From Prosthecobacter sp. (lineage in GTDB: Bacteria; Verrucomicrobiota; Verrucomicrobiia; Verrucomicrobiales; Verrucomicrobiaceae): 24,000 nucleotides of DNA. The position numbers were made by a program, and so were the translations under genes. The notes under the pieces are model-generated. The model made no database searches, was not told the DNA's origin, and saw nothing but the letters and a program-made list of their open reading frames with translations. The stretch spans positions 130,414-154,413 of the forward strand of contig JABARQ010000004.1 of NCBI GenBank assembly GCA_019186985.1, in the 5' to 3' direction. Each line of letters begins with the position of its first letter. The first letter of the stretch is position 1. Positions 1 through 9,878 of this stretch are shown piece by piece.

Positions 1-2182
1 CATTCAACCGATGCAGGGCCGATGCATCCTCAACTTCTACGGCCCGCCCGGCACGGGCAAGACTCGTGCGGCTCTGGGCATCGCCTGGCACCTCGGCAAA
101 CCGCTCTATCAAGTGGACTACTCAGCGGTGATCTCGAAATACCTGGGCGACACGGCCAAGCACATCAAAGCGGCCTTTCAGGCGGCGAGGGAACTCAACG
201 CCATCCTGTTCTTCGATGAGGCGGACAGCCTGCTCTCGCGCCGTGTGGCCACCAGTGAGTCGTGCTCCACGAGCATCAATCAGAACCGAAACACGCTGAT
301 GCAGGAGCTGGACCGATTCGACGGGGTGGTGATCGTGACCACCAACCTGTTTGAGAACTACGACCCCGCCCTGTTGCGCCGGATTCAGAGCCACATCCAC
401 TTCCGCCTTCCCAACGCTTCCATGCGCCGGGAGCTGTTCACCCTCCACCTCCCCAACCCCGAACGGGTGACGGCGGATTATGCGGTTCTCGCGGAGCTTT
501 CCAAGGGCCTCAGCGGCGGGGACATCCTGACGCTCTGCCTGAATGCGATCCATGCGGGCAGCACCGACCTGCGAGGTGCCTTCATCGTGCCGAAGGACTC
601 CGCCATCCGCACGCTGCATGATCTCAGCGGCAAACGCCTCAGCCTCGGTCCGGCGGAGGATGAGGAAGCGCACGCCGCTGCCAAAAAAGCGCTGCAAGGT
701 ATCGCCAACGTCACGCTACACGCCGCTGGCAGCATGGACGCCGCTGCGCTGGCGATGAGTGATGGCGAAGCGGATGCCGCTGTCGTCTCGGCCTTCATGC
801 CCGTGCTTCTGGAAGGCTGCGGGAAACTCGAAAAGGGCCAGACGCGCCTTCTTGCCGAAACGGATCCCGTGCCCTTCATCCGCGTTTTTGCCACGGAGGG
901 CCTCGAAACGGACTTGGAGGCAAAAATCACCGCCGCGCTGTTTTCCTCCGCCAAATTGCCCGAACTGCTCACCGCGCTCGAAAGCCGCGATGGCTTCGTT
1001 TTGGCGGAAAAAGCCCCTGATGACGCCGATTGGCCGGATTGGCGCGGTAATGGCAGGCGCGGATCCATTTCCCACCTGCCAACAAAACTCCCGGAGCCGT
1101 TCAAACCGCTGTGGACGCACGCGTTGACCGGGCCCGCCATGGCCGGACCCGCCGTCAGCGGCCGGCGGCTCGTCATTCCCGACAAATCCGCCGATGCCAA
1201 ACGTGATGTCTTCCTCTGCCTCAGCACACAGGACGGCAGCGAACTCTGGCGGCTTGAATATGATGTCGCAGGCGACATGGAATACAGCAACGCCCCGCGT
1301 GCCACGCCCGTCATCCATGACGGCCTCGCATATCTTCAGGGAGCCTTTGGCCATCTGCATTGCGTCGAGTTGGAGACAGGCAAGGTCGTGTGGAAGACGA
1401 ATCTCTTCACGGACTTCGCCGCCGAGCGTCTGACCTGGGGTGCCTCCATCGCCCCGCTCGTCGTGGACGACATGCTCATCATCGCTCCAGGTGCCAAAGA
1501 CGCCTCGATCGCCGCGCTGGATCGCAAAACCGGTGCAGTGAGATGGAAGACGCCCGGCAATGCCGCCGCGTATGCCGCCTTCATCCACGCCACCTTTGAC
1601 GGCATTCCTCAGATCATCGGTTACGACTCCGGCAGCCTCGGCGGCTGGCATCCCGGCACCGGCGAACGTCTCTGGACCCTCGTGCCGCCGGACGGTTCCG
1701 ACTTCAACGTCACCACACCCATCATGCTCGGCGAGAAGCTCCTGCTCGCCACCGAAAACAACGGCACGCGGCTCTATCGCTTCGATGGCGAAGGCCGCAT
1801 CGTCACCGATCCTCTCGCCCGCAATGACGACCTCGCCCCGGACACCTGCACGCCCGGCATCGCCGGCCAGCGCGTCATCGCCACTGCGTATGGTGATCTT
1901 TTCTGCCTCGATCTGGCGCGAGGCCTGCAAACCGTGTGGCAGCAGCCTGGCGATGAGTTTCACGATCACTGCAACATCATCACCTCCGCCGACCGCGCCC
2001 TGCTCTGGACAGCCAATGGCGATCTGATCCTGCTCGACACACAGTCCCCCAAGTATGCACCCTTGGCAAAGCTGCGCCCCTTCGACGAAAAGCATCCCAA
2101 CACGCTCGCTCACCCCGCCATTGCCAACGGGCGGCTGTTCCTGCGTTCGGGAAAAGCGGTGGCCTGCTTCATTCTGGAGTAG
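1..2182 (+). CDS. AAA+ ATPase / PhnD-like half-domain / PQQ-like beta-propeller fusion protein (5' end outside window)
   Basis: One ORF, open to the window edge (frame of nt 2), stop TAG at 2180-2182. aa ~1-185 is AAA+: Walker A GPPGTGKT, Walker B ILFFDEAD, sensor-1 VVIVTTN, PALLRR. aa ~190-335 is PhnD/phosphonate-binding-protein-like: AFIVPKDSAIRTLHDLSGKRLSLG ... DGEADAAVVSAF. aa ~345-723 has PQQ/BamB-type propeller blades: GSELWRLEYD, GKVVWKTNL, GAVRWKTPG, GERLWTLVP, GRLFLRSGKAVACF. No stop and no obvious TM segment between modules. Confidence 0.85.
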   Translation, partial: IQPMQGRCILNFYGPPGTGKTRAALGIAWHLGKPLYQVDYSAVISKYLGDTAKHIKAAFQAARELNAILFFDEADSLLSRRVATSESCSTSINQNRNTLMQELDRFDGVVIVTTNLFENYDPALLRRIQSHIHFRLPNASMRRELFTLHLPNPERVTADYAVLAELSKGLSGGDILTLCLNAIHAGSTDLRGAFIVPKDSAIRTLHDLSGKRLSLGPAEDEEAHAAAKKALQGIANVTLHAAGSMDAAALAMSDGEADAAVVSAFMPVLLEGCGKLEKGQTRLLAETDPVPFIRVFATEGLETDLEAKITAALFSSAKLPELLTALESRDGFVLAEKAPDDADWPDWRGNGRRGSISHLPTKLPEPFKPLWTHALTGPAMAGPAVSGRRLVIPDKSADAKRDVFLCLSTQDGSELWRLEYDVAGDMEYSNAPRATPVIHDGLAYLQGAFGHLHCVELETGKVVWKTNLFTDFAAERLTWGASIAPLVVDDMLIIAPGAKDASIAALDRKTGAVRWKTPGNAAAYAAFIHATFDGIPQIIGYDSGSLGGWHPGTGERLWTLVPPDGSDFNVTTPIMLGEKLLLATENNGTRLYRFDGEGRIVTDPLARNDDLAPDTCTPGIAGQRVIATAYGDLFCLDLARGLQTVWQQPGDEFHDHCNIITSADRALLWTANGDLILLDTQSPKYAPLAKLRPFDEKHPNTLAHPAIANGRLFLRSGKAVACFILE
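2030..2122 (+). repeat. Direct repeat copy A (3' end of the propeller gene)
   Basis: Nt 2030-2122 match 13971-14063 at a constant offset of 11,941 bp, with one mismatch (2099 a vs 14040 g). There is no similarity upstream of the repeat. Downstream to each stop codon the copies are only roughly 60% identical by eye. Confidence 0.95.
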
Positions 2183-2427
2183 CCAGGCGGTGACTGCTTT
2201 GGCGGCGGGTGCATCCTTTTCATCCTGGAAACTTTTTCGGCAAATGAGGCGATGATAGGCAACGAGTAGGTGGCAGTCATCATGCCACCCTTGCCGACCA
2301 TGACCAGCCCCTTCTCGTGGTGGCTATGCGCTGCAAAAATCTACCCCGGTGCTGATGGTCCTCTGAGTTTTGAGATCCAGAGAATGGCTCCAAAATCCTG
2401 CTTGACTCACATTTCGCCTGAGCCTAC

Positions 2428-2457
2428 TGAAACAGTCGTTTATAAACATCTGTTTCA
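2428..2457. promoter_or_regulatory. 30-bp near-perfect palindrome, candidate TetR operator overlapping a TATAAA element
   Basis: TGAAACAGtcGTTTATAAACatCTGTTTCA. The outer 8-bp arms and the inner 10-bp core GTTTATAAAC are perfectly palindromic. It ends 7 nt before the tetR-family ATG (2464). Confidence 0.5.
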
Positions 2458-2463
2458 ATACAC

Positions 2464-3147
2464 ATGGCACACGCCGCACCAGCCTCATCCCGTGAGCGCG
2501 ACCCTGAGGGGCGCAAGGAACGCATTTTGACTGCTGCGGGCGCGGTCTTCTCCAAGGCGGGCTTTGATGCGGGGAGTGTGCGGGAGATCAGCCGGCGGGC
2601 GCGGGTGAATGTGGCGGCGGTCAATTATTACTTCGACAGCAAGGCGGGGCTTTATCGGGAGGTGCTGCTGGCGGCGCACCGGCAGTTGTTGGAGCAGGAG
2701 CCGCCCGTGACCTTGCAGGGTGGGCAGGATGCGCAGGAGGCGCTGGGGAGCTGGATCGCCTTCTGTCTGCGCTTTGTGCTGCTGAAACGCGCATCGCACC
2801 CGGTGCTGGGCAAATTGATGGCTCACGAGATGCGGCAGCCGACCGCGGCGCTGAGCGAGTTGGTAAAGCTCGTCGTGCGGCCCATCTTTGATGAACTGCG
2901 GCGCATCGTGACGGCTGTTGCCGCCCCTTCGATGGACAAGACGGAAATCGAGATGTGGGCGCATCACATCGTGGGCATGTGTGTGCACTACGAGCACAAC
3001 GCCGAGGTCATCGAGAGGCTCGGATTTTCTGTGCCGACCACCGAGGACGCCATCGCCCGGCTGGCCGGGAGCATAACCGCGCTGGCGCTGCGCGGTATCA
3101 GCGGCGCCCAAGCGGGCGCGAAAACCCTGGAACCATCTTCCTCATGA
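2464..3147 (+). CDS. TetR/AcrR-family transcriptional regulator
   Basis: N-terminal TetR HTH: ERILTAAGAVFSKAGFDAGSVREISRRARVNVAAVNYYFDSKAGLY. Its stop overlaps the next gene's start (ATGA at 3144-3147). Confidence 0.9.
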   Translation: MAHAAPASSRERDPEGRKERILTAAGAVFSKAGFDAGSVREISRRARVNVAAVNYYFDSKAGLYREVLLAAHRQLLEQEPPVTLQGGQDAQEALGSWIAFCLRFVLLKRASHPVLGKLMAHEMRQPTAALSELVKLVVRPIFDELRRIVTAVAAPSMDKTEIEMWAHHIVGMCVHYEHNAEVIERLGFSVPTTEDAIARLAGSITALALRGISGAQAGAKTLEPSSS

Positions 3148-4226
3148 AACGAGTCATCACACCTTCCCTTCTAGCGCTCGCTCTGCTGCTGCCGTCTTGC
3201 GGCAAAAAGCCAGAGGCGGCACCTCCACCTACGAAAAAGCCAGTTGCCGCCGTGACAGGCCGCACGGTCACGATCACCGAGCGCGAGGTTCCGCGCTTCC
3301 TGCGCGTGACGGGCCAGCTCATCGGGCAAAACGACGCGGTGATCGCCGCCGATGCCGTGGGCAAGGTGATCGAAACACCGGTGGAACGAGGAACTGAGGT
3401 GAAAGCGGGCGATGTGCTGGTGAAGTTGGACGAGCGGCAGGCACGGCTGGAGCTGGCCGAGGCGGAGGCTTCGCTGGAGCTGGCGAAAGCACGTTTGCTG
3501 CTGGCCAGGAATGAGCAGGAGCGCAATGCGCCGCTGGCGGAGAAGCGAGCCATCGCGCAGGCGGATTTTCAAAAGCTCATCACCGACACGGCCGCGCAGG
3601 AGGCCGAGGTGGCGTCCGCCTCCGCACGCCGCGACATGAAGCAGAAGACGCTCGCGGACAGCGTCATTCGGGCGGCTTTTTCCGGGGTGGTGGCGGAGCG
3701 CATGGTGGAGCCGGGCGAGTATGTGCGGGCGGATTCCCCGGTGGCTCGTGTGGTGGATTTGGCGACGCTTCGCCTCGTGCTGAATGTGCCTGAGACGGAA
3801 GTGGGTGCTCTCGCCGTGGGGCAGACGGTGGAGTTCACCACGGCGGCGTTTCCGGGGCGGACCTTTGTGGGAACCTTGAAGTTTCTCGGGGCGGCGGTGC
3901 GTGAGGCATCGCGCGATCTCATGGTCGAGGTCGTCGTTGAAAATAAAGACGGCTCACTGCGTCCCGGTTTCTTCTGCGATGCTCGCATCCGGCTTCGTGA
4001 GGAAAAGGCGGCTGTCGTGCCGGTGGCGGCACTTCGCGTGGAGGGATCAAGACGCAAGCTCTTCGTCATCGAGAAGAACAAGACCCTCTCCGAGCGCCTC
4101 GTGGAGGTGGGAGACACACGCGAGGACTTCATCGAAATCCGCCGAGGCGCAGTGGCCGGTGACGCGGTGTTGCTGCAACCCGGCACCGACGCCACGGACG
4201 GTGCGCCGTTTCAACCCTCCGCCTAA
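3144..4226 (+). CDS. Efflux RND periplasmic adaptor (MFP) lipoprotein
   Basis: Start chosen at MKRVITPSLLALALLLPSCG (lipobox LPSC). The tracked ORF 2955..4226 upstream of this overlaps tetR. It has a biotinyl-lipoyl-like hairpin (VKAGDVLVKLD), a coiled coil and a beta-barrel region typical of HlyD_D23/MFP. Confidence 0.9.
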   Translation: MKRVITPSLLALALLLPSCGKKPEAAPPPTKKPVAAVTGRTVTITEREVPRFLRVTGQLIGQNDAVIAADAVGKVIETPVERGTEVKAGDVLVKLDERQARLELAEAEASLELAKARLLLARNEQERNAPLAEKRAIAQADFQKLITDTAAQEAEVASASARRDMKQKTLADSVIRAAFSGVVAERMVEPGEYVRADSPVARVVDLATLRLVLNVPETEVGALAVGQTVEFTTAAFPGRTFVGTLKFLGAAVREASRDLMVEVVVENKDGSLRPGFFCDARIRLREEKAAVVPVAALRVEGSRRKLFVIEKNKTLSERLVEVGDTREDFIEIRRGAVAGDAVLLQPGTDATDGAPFQPSA

Positions 4227-4244
4227 CCTTTTCGCTTCACGATC

Positions 4245-7200
4245 ATGCAATGGCTCGCCGCTATCTCCGTCAGACGCCCGGTCCTCGCCAGCGTCATCAT
4301 CCTCGTGTTTCTGGTGGTCGGCATTCTCGGCTACACGAGACTGCCGGTGGACCGGTTTCCAAAGATTGACTTCCCCACGGTGAGCGTCGTCACGCGGCAG
4401 GACGGGGCGACACCGAAAGAAATCGAGACGGAGATCACGGACAAAATCGAGGAAGCGGTGAACACCGTCGCTGGCATTGATGAGCTGCGCTCCGTGTCGA
4501 GCGAAGGCATCTCGCAGGTGCTCGTGACGTTCGTGCTGGAGAAAAATATCGACGTGGCGGCGCAGGAGGTGCGCGACCGCATTGCTCGCATCATTCCCGA
4601 CCTGCCGGAGGGCGTGGACGCGCCCATTGTCGAAAAGCTCGATCCCGACGCCGCGCCGATTTTGAACCTCGCCCTCGTCGCTGACAGGCCGGTGCGCGAG
4701 ATCACCGAGTTTGCCGACAAGACGCTGCGCAGGCAGTTGGAAAGCGTGGCTGGCGTGGGCCAGATCACGCTGCTGGGCGGACGCCTTCGGCAGATCAATG
4801 TCTGGCTCGATCCGATGCGGCTGCGATCCTACAATCTGACCGCGCCGGATGTGCAGCGTGCCCTGCTTGCGCAGAATGTGCAGATCCCGGCAGGCACCGT
4901 GAAGAACGCGGCGAGTGAGGCAGGATTCCGCGTGCAGGGCAAAGCACGCAGCGTGGAGGAGATCGGCCTCCTGATCGTGCGTGAAGCCCAGGGTGGCCTG
5001 GTGCGCGTGCGCGATGTGGCGCGGATCGAGGACGGAGCGGAGGAACAGATGACCGTGGCGCGAAACAACGGCGTGCCCTCCGTGGTCCTCTCCATCCGCA
5101 AACAAAGCGGCACGAACACCGTGGCCGTGGTGGACGCGGTGAATGAGAAGCTCGTGGACGTGAAGAAGCTGCTGCCCACGGGCTACAGCGTGGAAGTCGT
5201 GCGCGACACTTCGACGGTCATCCGCACCAGCGTCCACGCGGTGAAAGAGCACCTCGTGCTCGGGGCGATCTTCGCCGCCATCGTGGTGCTCGTCTTCCTT
5301 GGCAACTCACGCGCCACACTCATCTCCGCGCTGGCTATTCCCACCTCGATCATCGCCGCGTTCGGCGTCATGTGGGCGGAGGGTCTCACGCTCAACGTCA
5401 TCAGCCTCGTGGCCCTCGCGCTCGCAGTGGGCATCGTCATTGATGACGCCATCATCGTGGTGGAAAACATCTTCCGGCATATGGAGGAGAAGAAGGAGGA
5501 TTCTTTCACCGCCTCCATCGAGGGGCCACGCGAAATCGGCATGGCCGTGCTTGCGACCACGCTGTCCTTGCTCGCGGTGTTCGTGCCAGTCGCCTTCCTC
5601 AGCGGCATCGTCGGCATGTTTTTGAAGAGCTTCGGCCTGACCATGGCCTTCGCCATCGCGGTGTCGCTGCTGGTTAGCTTCACCATCACGCCCGCGCTGT
5701 CCGCCCGCATGTTCCGGAACGGCGTCGGCACCCGCTTCGATGTCTGGCTGGAGCATCTCGTCAATCTGGTTTATCGACCGATCGAGGCGACCTACATGCT
5801 GCTGCTGCGCTTCTCCATGCGGCACCGGTGGATCATCGTGCTCGGCTGCCTCGGCATTCTTTTCGCCGTGCCCACGCTGATGAAGAACGTCCAGAAAAGC
5901 TTCCTTCCTCCCGTCGAGGAGGCCGAGTTCGTGGTCAGCATCCGCACGCCGGAAGGAACCAACCTGGCCTCCACCGACCTGATGGTGGAGCGATTCGCCC
6001 GCGAGATCCGCCGGATCCCGGGCGTGGAGGGCACGCTTCTCACCATCGGCGACAACGACCAGCGCACGCCCAACCTCGCGGAGGTCTTCGTCCGTCTCAA
6101 CGATCCCGCGCTGCGTCCCGACCAGCAGACCATCATGGACACGGTGCGCCAGGAAGTCGTCCCGCATTTTCCGCCGGAGTGGCGCATCTCGGTCATGTCC
6201 GTGCCGCCCTTCAACAGCGGCATGTCCAGCGCCAACGTCCAGTATTTCATCGCCGGACCCGACCTCGACGTGCTCACCCAGGCCACGGAGAGCGTGATGC
6301 GGGAAGTCAAAGACCTTCCCGGCATCCGCGACCTCGACTCCACCCTCATCCCCGGCAAACCGGAAATCAGCGGCACCGTGGATCGCAACAAGGCCGGCCA
6401 GATGGGCGCGAGCATGGCCGACATCTCCTTCACGCTGCAACTGCTCGTCGGCGGACTCGATGTCTCCACCTACGACGATGCCGGGGAACAATACGACATC
6501 CACCTCCAGGCCGAGGAGGTCTATCGCAACAGCCGCGAGATCCTCAACATCCTCACCGTGCCCTCGACCATGGCTGGACCCGTGGCCGTCACCAATCTGC
6601 TCACGCTGGAGAACACCGACAGCCCCTCACAGATCAACCGCCTCAACCGCCGCCGCCAGGTCACCATCACCGCCAACAACGCCCCCGGCGTCGGCGAAAC
6701 AGAAATCCTCGATGGCATCGCCGCCGCCGTGAAGCGACTCAATCTCCCTGCCGACTACGCCAGCGGCAGCGCCGGTCGCTCCAAGGAAATGGCGAAGGCA
6801 GGCATGGCCTTCATGGTCGCCTTTCTCATGGCCTTCATCTTCATGTATCTCATCCTCGCCGCGCAGTTCGAGAGCTGGGTGCATCCCTTCACCATCCTGC
6901 TCGCACTGCCGCTCACGCTGCCCTTTGCACTGCTCTCGCTCATCCTCTTCGACCAGTCGGTGAACATCTTCTCCATGCTCGGTATCCTCGTCCTTTTCGG
7001 CATGGTGAAAAAGAACGGCATCCTGCAAATCGACCACACCAATCAACTGCGCGGAAAAGGCATGAACCGTCTCGATGCCATCCTGCTGGCCAACAAAGAA
7101 CGCTTGCGGCCCATCCTCATGACCACCCTCGCCTTCGTCGCCGGCATGGTGCCCATGATGATGGCGAAGGGCGTCGGCGCAGCTTACAACAACGCCACCG

Positions 7201-7373
7201 CTGGCGTGATCCTCGGCGGACAAGCCTTGTCGCTGCTGCTCACCCTGCTCGCCACACCGGTCATCTATTCGCTGTTCGACGATGTGATCCACTTCCGCCA
7301 GCACCGCCGCGAGAAGCGGGCGGCAAAAGCTGCGACGACAGCCGCCGCCCAACTCGATCCCGCCAAGCCCTGA
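4245..7373 (+). CDS. RND efflux permease (AcrB/HAE-type), 1042 aa
   Basis: N-terminus RRPVLASVIILVFLVVGILGYTRLPVDRFPKIDFPTVSVVT. Length and 12-TM/two-large-loop organisation are typical of ACR_tran family pumps. Confidence 0.95.
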   Translation: MQWLAAISVRRPVLASVIILVFLVVGILGYTRLPVDRFPKIDFPTVSVVTRQDGATPKEIETEITDKIEEAVNTVAGIDELRSVSSEGISQVLVTFVLEKNIDVAAQEVRDRIARIIPDLPEGVDAPIVEKLDPDAAPILNLALVADRPVREITEFADKTLRRQLESVAGVGQITLLGGRLRQINVWLDPMRLRSYNLTAPDVQRALLAQNVQIPAGTVKNAASEAGFRVQGKARSVEEIGLLIVREAQGGLVRVRDVARIEDGAEEQMTVARNNGVPSVVLSIRKQSGTNTVAVVDAVNEKLVDVKKLLPTGYSVEVVRDTSTVIRTSVHAVKEHLVLGAIFAAIVVLVFLGNSRATLISALAIPTSIIAAFGVMWAEGLTLNVISLVALALAVGIVIDDAIIVVENIFRHMEEKKEDSFTASIEGPREIGMAVLATTLSLLAVFVPVAFLSGIVGMFLKSFGLTMAFAIAVSLLVSFTITPALSARMFRNGVGTRFDVWLEHLVNLVYRPIEATYMLLLRFSMRHRWIIVLGCLGILFAVPTLMKNVQKSFLPPVEEAEFVVSIRTPEGTNLASTDLMVERFAREIRRIPGVEGTLLTIGDNDQRTPNLAEVFVRLNDPALRPDQQTIMDTVRQEVVPHFPPEWRISVMSVPPFNSGMSSANVQYFIAGPDLDVLTQATESVMREVKDLPGIRDLDSTLIPGKPEISGTVDRNKAGQMGASMADISFTLQLLVGGLDVSTYDDAGEQYDIHLQAEEVYRNSREILNILTVPSTMAGPVAVTNLLTLENTDSPSQINRLNRRRQVTITANNAPGVGETEILDGIAAAVKRLNLPADYASGSAGRSKEMAKAGMAFMVAFLMAFIFMYLILAAQFESWVHPFTILLALPLTLPFALLSLILFDQSVNIFSMLGILVLFGMVKKNGILQIDHTNQLRGKGMNRLDAILLANKERLRPILMTTLAFVAGMVPMMMAKGVGAAYNNATAGVILGGQALSLLLTLLATPVIYSLFDDVIHFRQHRREKRAAKAATTAAAQLDPAKP

Positions 7374-8785
7374 TGCAAATCATGCTCCATCGCCACGCAC
7401 TCTGCCTCGCCACGCTTGCGCTCGCGCTCGCCTCATGCGCGGTAGGCCCAGATTATAAAAAGCCAGACACCGCCGACATCACGCCAGCAAAGTGGCGCTG
7501 GCAGCCCGCCGCGCCCAGTGATGACACCCCGCGCGGCGAATGGTGGAAGGTTTTTCGTGACAGCGAACTCAACCGTCTGGAATCTCTAGCACTCGCAGCC
7601 AGCCCTTCGCTCAAAGCTGCGCTTGCCCGTGTGGATCAAGCCCGCGCCTCCGCCCGCATCAGCGCCGCCAACTGGGCACCAGACGTGCGATTGAACGGCG
7701 ACGCGCAACGCGAGCAGATTTCAGGCAACCTGCCGACTCCCGTTCCCGTCAACATCCCCCGCGCACGGGTGAACAGCTTCGGCACATCGCTCGACCTCAG
7801 CTACGAGATTGATTTCTGGGGCAAGGTGCGCCGTGAAGTCGAGTCTGCGCGCGCCAGTGCGGATGCGGCCGGTGCCCGCTACCACAGCGCACTTCTCACG
7901 CTCACCAGCGATGTGGCCTCGCAGTATTTCCTGCTGCGCTCTTATGACGCCGAAGTGTCCGCGCTGCGCCGCACCATCGATCTGCGCGAGAAGTGGCGAA
8001 ATCTCCTCCATGAAAAACTCCAGGCAGGGGCCATACCTGAGACGGACTTCGCCCGCGCCCAGACGGAAGTGGCCACTGCCCGCGCCGACCTCGCGGATGT
8101 GAAGCGCCTTCGTCAGGAGGCCAGTGACACACTCGCGCTGCTCTGCGGCCAGCCCGCGAGCACCTTCAAGCTATCCGAGCGCCCCATCGGTGCCAAAGCG
8201 CCGCCGACCATCCCCGCTGGCATCCCGGCCAGCATGTTGGAGCGCCGCCCCGACGTTGCCGCCGCCGAGCGCGATGTCGTGGCGCGGAATGCCGACATCG
8301 GTGCCGCCAAAGCCGCCTACTTTCCCGCCGTGCGGCTCACAGGCTCGGGAGGGTTCTTGAGCAATGATGTGGACACCCTGCTCTCGGCTGACAGCAAAGT
8401 GTGGAGCATCGGCCCTAGCATCAGCGTCCCCGTCACCGGCTGGGCGGTGATTCACTACAACGTCAACCGCAAGAAGGCCGCCCGCGAAGAAGCCATCGCC
8501 ACCTTTCGCGAGACCACCCTCCGCGCCATCAACGACGTGGAAACCAGCCTCACACAGATCCGCTACCGCGCCGAGCAAGCCGCCGCCGTCGGCGAAGCCC
8601 TCACCGCCTCCACCAAAGCCACCGACCTCATCCGTGCCGCGTATGAGCGCGGCACACTGAGCTATCTCGAACTCCTCGACGCCGAGCGCACCCGCCTCCA
8701 AGCCGAACTCCAAACCGCCCGCATCGCCGCCCAACGCCACCTCGCCACCGTGCGACTCATCAAGGCCCTGGGCGGTGGGTGGTGA
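7373..8785 (+). CDS. Efflux outer-membrane factor lipoprotein (NodT/OprM type)
   Basis: Start at MQIMLHRHALCLATLALALASCAVGPDYKKP (lipobox LASC; the GPDY motif is typical of NodT OMFs). The ATG overlaps the RND stop (TGATG at 7371-7375). The tracked ORF 5828..8785 is an artefactual 5' extension in another frame of the RND gene. Confidence 0.9.
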   Translation: MQIMLHRHALCLATLALALASCAVGPDYKKPDTADITPAKWRWQPAAPSDDTPRGEWWKVFRDSELNRLESLALAASPSLKAALARVDQARASARISAANWAPDVRLNGDAQREQISGNLPTPVPVNIPRARVNSFGTSLDLSYEIDFWGKVRREVESARASADAAGARYHSALLTLTSDVASQYFLLRSYDAEVSALRRTIDLREKWRNLLHEKLQAGAIPETDFARAQTEVATARADLADVKRLRQEASDTLALLCGQPASTFKLSERPIGAKAPPTIPAGIPASMLERRPDVAAAERDVVARNADIGAAKAAYFPAVRLTGSGGFLSNDVDTLLSADSKVWSIGPSISVPVTGWAVIHYNVNRKKAAREEAIATFRETTLRAINDVETSLTQIRYRAEQAAAVGEALTASTKATDLIRAAYERGTLSYLELLDAERTRLQAELQTARIAAQRHLATVRLIKALGGGW

Positions 8786-8792
8786 GTGATTG
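8742..8792 (+). repeat. Direct repeat copy A (OMF gene 3' end plus 7 nt)
   Basis: 51 nt, 45/51 identical to 13847-13897 at a constant offset of 5,105 bp. Both encode ATV(R/P)LIKALGGGW-stop followed by gtgattg. Confidence 0.8.
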
Positions 8793-8822
8793 ACGACGCA
8801 CGAAAATTGGGGACATTGATTC

Positions 8823-9878
8823 ATGAAAAAAGCAATCATAGCCACACTACTACTCGCAGTGATCCTAACGGTGGGAGTGTGGTTTTATTCTCGCCCCGCC
8901 AAGGATCATGAAAGTGTAATCAGCGGCAACGGACGCATCGAGGCGACGGAGATCGACGTAGCCACAAAGATTGCCGGACGAGTGCAGGAGATTCTGGTTA
9001 ACGAAGGCGACTTCGTCGCGGTAGGGCAGGTGCTGGCTCGAATCCAATCGGAATCGCTCGAAGCCCAGCTTTTGGAGGCACAGGCACAGCATCGCCAGGC
9101 GCAAAATGCAGTCGCCAGTGCGGAAGCCGCCGTCGCTGCGCGTGAGAGCGACAAGCTGGCGGCGGAGGCAGTCGTGGCACAGCGGGAGGCCGAGTGGACC
9201 GCGCAAAAACAAAGGCTTGAGCGGACCGAGGGATTGAGCACCAAAGGCGCGCTTTCGCTACAAACGCTAGACGACGACCGGGCCGCGACTCGCAGCGCGG
9301 AAGCGGCCGTCAGTGCGGCCAAGGCTCAGGTCACGGCTGCGGAAGCGGCCATTCGGGCCGCCAACGCCCAAGTCAAAGGCGCCGAATCGACGACGGAAGC
9401 GACGGCGGCGACGATCGCCAGGATCAAGTCGGACATTGATGACTGTGCGCTGAAGGCACCGCGCGACGGGCGCGTGCAATACCGCATCACCCAAGTCGGT
9501 GAAGTGTTGGGCGTTGGCGGCAAGGTGCTGAATCTCGTGGATCTCGGGGACGTTTACATGACCTTCTTTTTGCCGGAAACGGCCGCTGGCCGCGTGTCGA
9601 TGGGCAGCGAGGTGAGGCTGATTCTCGATGCCGCGCCGGATTTCGTCCTCCCGGCGAAGGTCTCTTACGTTTCGAGCGTCGCGCAGTTCACGCCAAAGAC
9701 CGTGGAGACGGCCAGCGAGCGGCAGAAGCTGATGTTCAGGGTGAAGGCGCAGATAGATCGGCAGTTGCTGCAAAAGCATCTCAAACAGGTGAAGACCGGG
9801 ATTCCCGGCGTGGCCTGGCTGAAGCTCGCCGCCGACTCCGAATGGCCAGGGCACCTGGAGGTGAAACTGCCCGAATGA
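8823..9878 (+). CDS. HlyD-family membrane fusion protein (E. coli YhiI-like)
   Basis: N-terminal TM anchor ([18 protein letters not shown]), [18 protein letters not shown], a long Ala/Gln-rich coiled coil and a C-terminal beta domain. It lies 37 nt after the OMF stop. Its stop overlaps the next start (ATGA at 9875-9878). Confidence 0.9.
   Translation: MKKAIIATLLLAVILTVGVWFYSRPAKDHESVISGNGRIEATEIDVATKIAGRVQEILVNEGDFVAVGQVLARIQSESLEAQLLEAQAQHRQAQNAVASAEAAVAARESDKLAAEAVVAQREAEWTAQKQRLERTEGLSTKGALSLQTLDDDRAATRSAEAAVSAAKAQVTAAEAAIRAANAQVKGAESTTEATAATIARIKSDIDDCALKAPRDGRVQYRITQVGEVLGVGGKVLNLVDLGDVYMTFFLPETAAGRVSMGSEVRLILDAAPDFVLPAKVSYVSSVAQFTPKTVETASERQKLMFRVKAQIDRQLLQKHLKQVKTGIPGVAWLKLAADSEWPGHLEVKLPE

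Noticed and set aside
716-2113. Long antisense or alternative-frame ORFs throughout the window, e.g. 716..2113(-), 4047..5252(-), 5307..6503(-), 9665..11920(-, 751 aa), 9889..11160(+), 11512..12759(+), 20508..22298(+, 596 aa)
   Set aside because: They overlap genes with clear family motifs. Their products are Arg/Gly/Pro/His-rich low-complexity sequences typical of shadow ORFs in high-GC DNA, and I recognise no motifs in them.
2269-2289. Hairpins as intrinsic terminators: GGTGGCA-n7-TGCCACC at 2269-2289, GTGGCC-n6-GGCCAC at 18485-18502, and a weak stem plus T-run at 14127-14146
   Set aside because: The stems are short (3-7 bp), and the first two lack a following T-tract. This is not enough to call terminators.
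5828-7372. 5' extension of the OMF ORF (tracked as 5828..8785, 985 aa)
   Set aside because: The extension lies in another frame of the RND permease gene and translates to Arg/Pro/His-rich nonsense. A lipoprotein signal peptide begins at the ATG at 7373.
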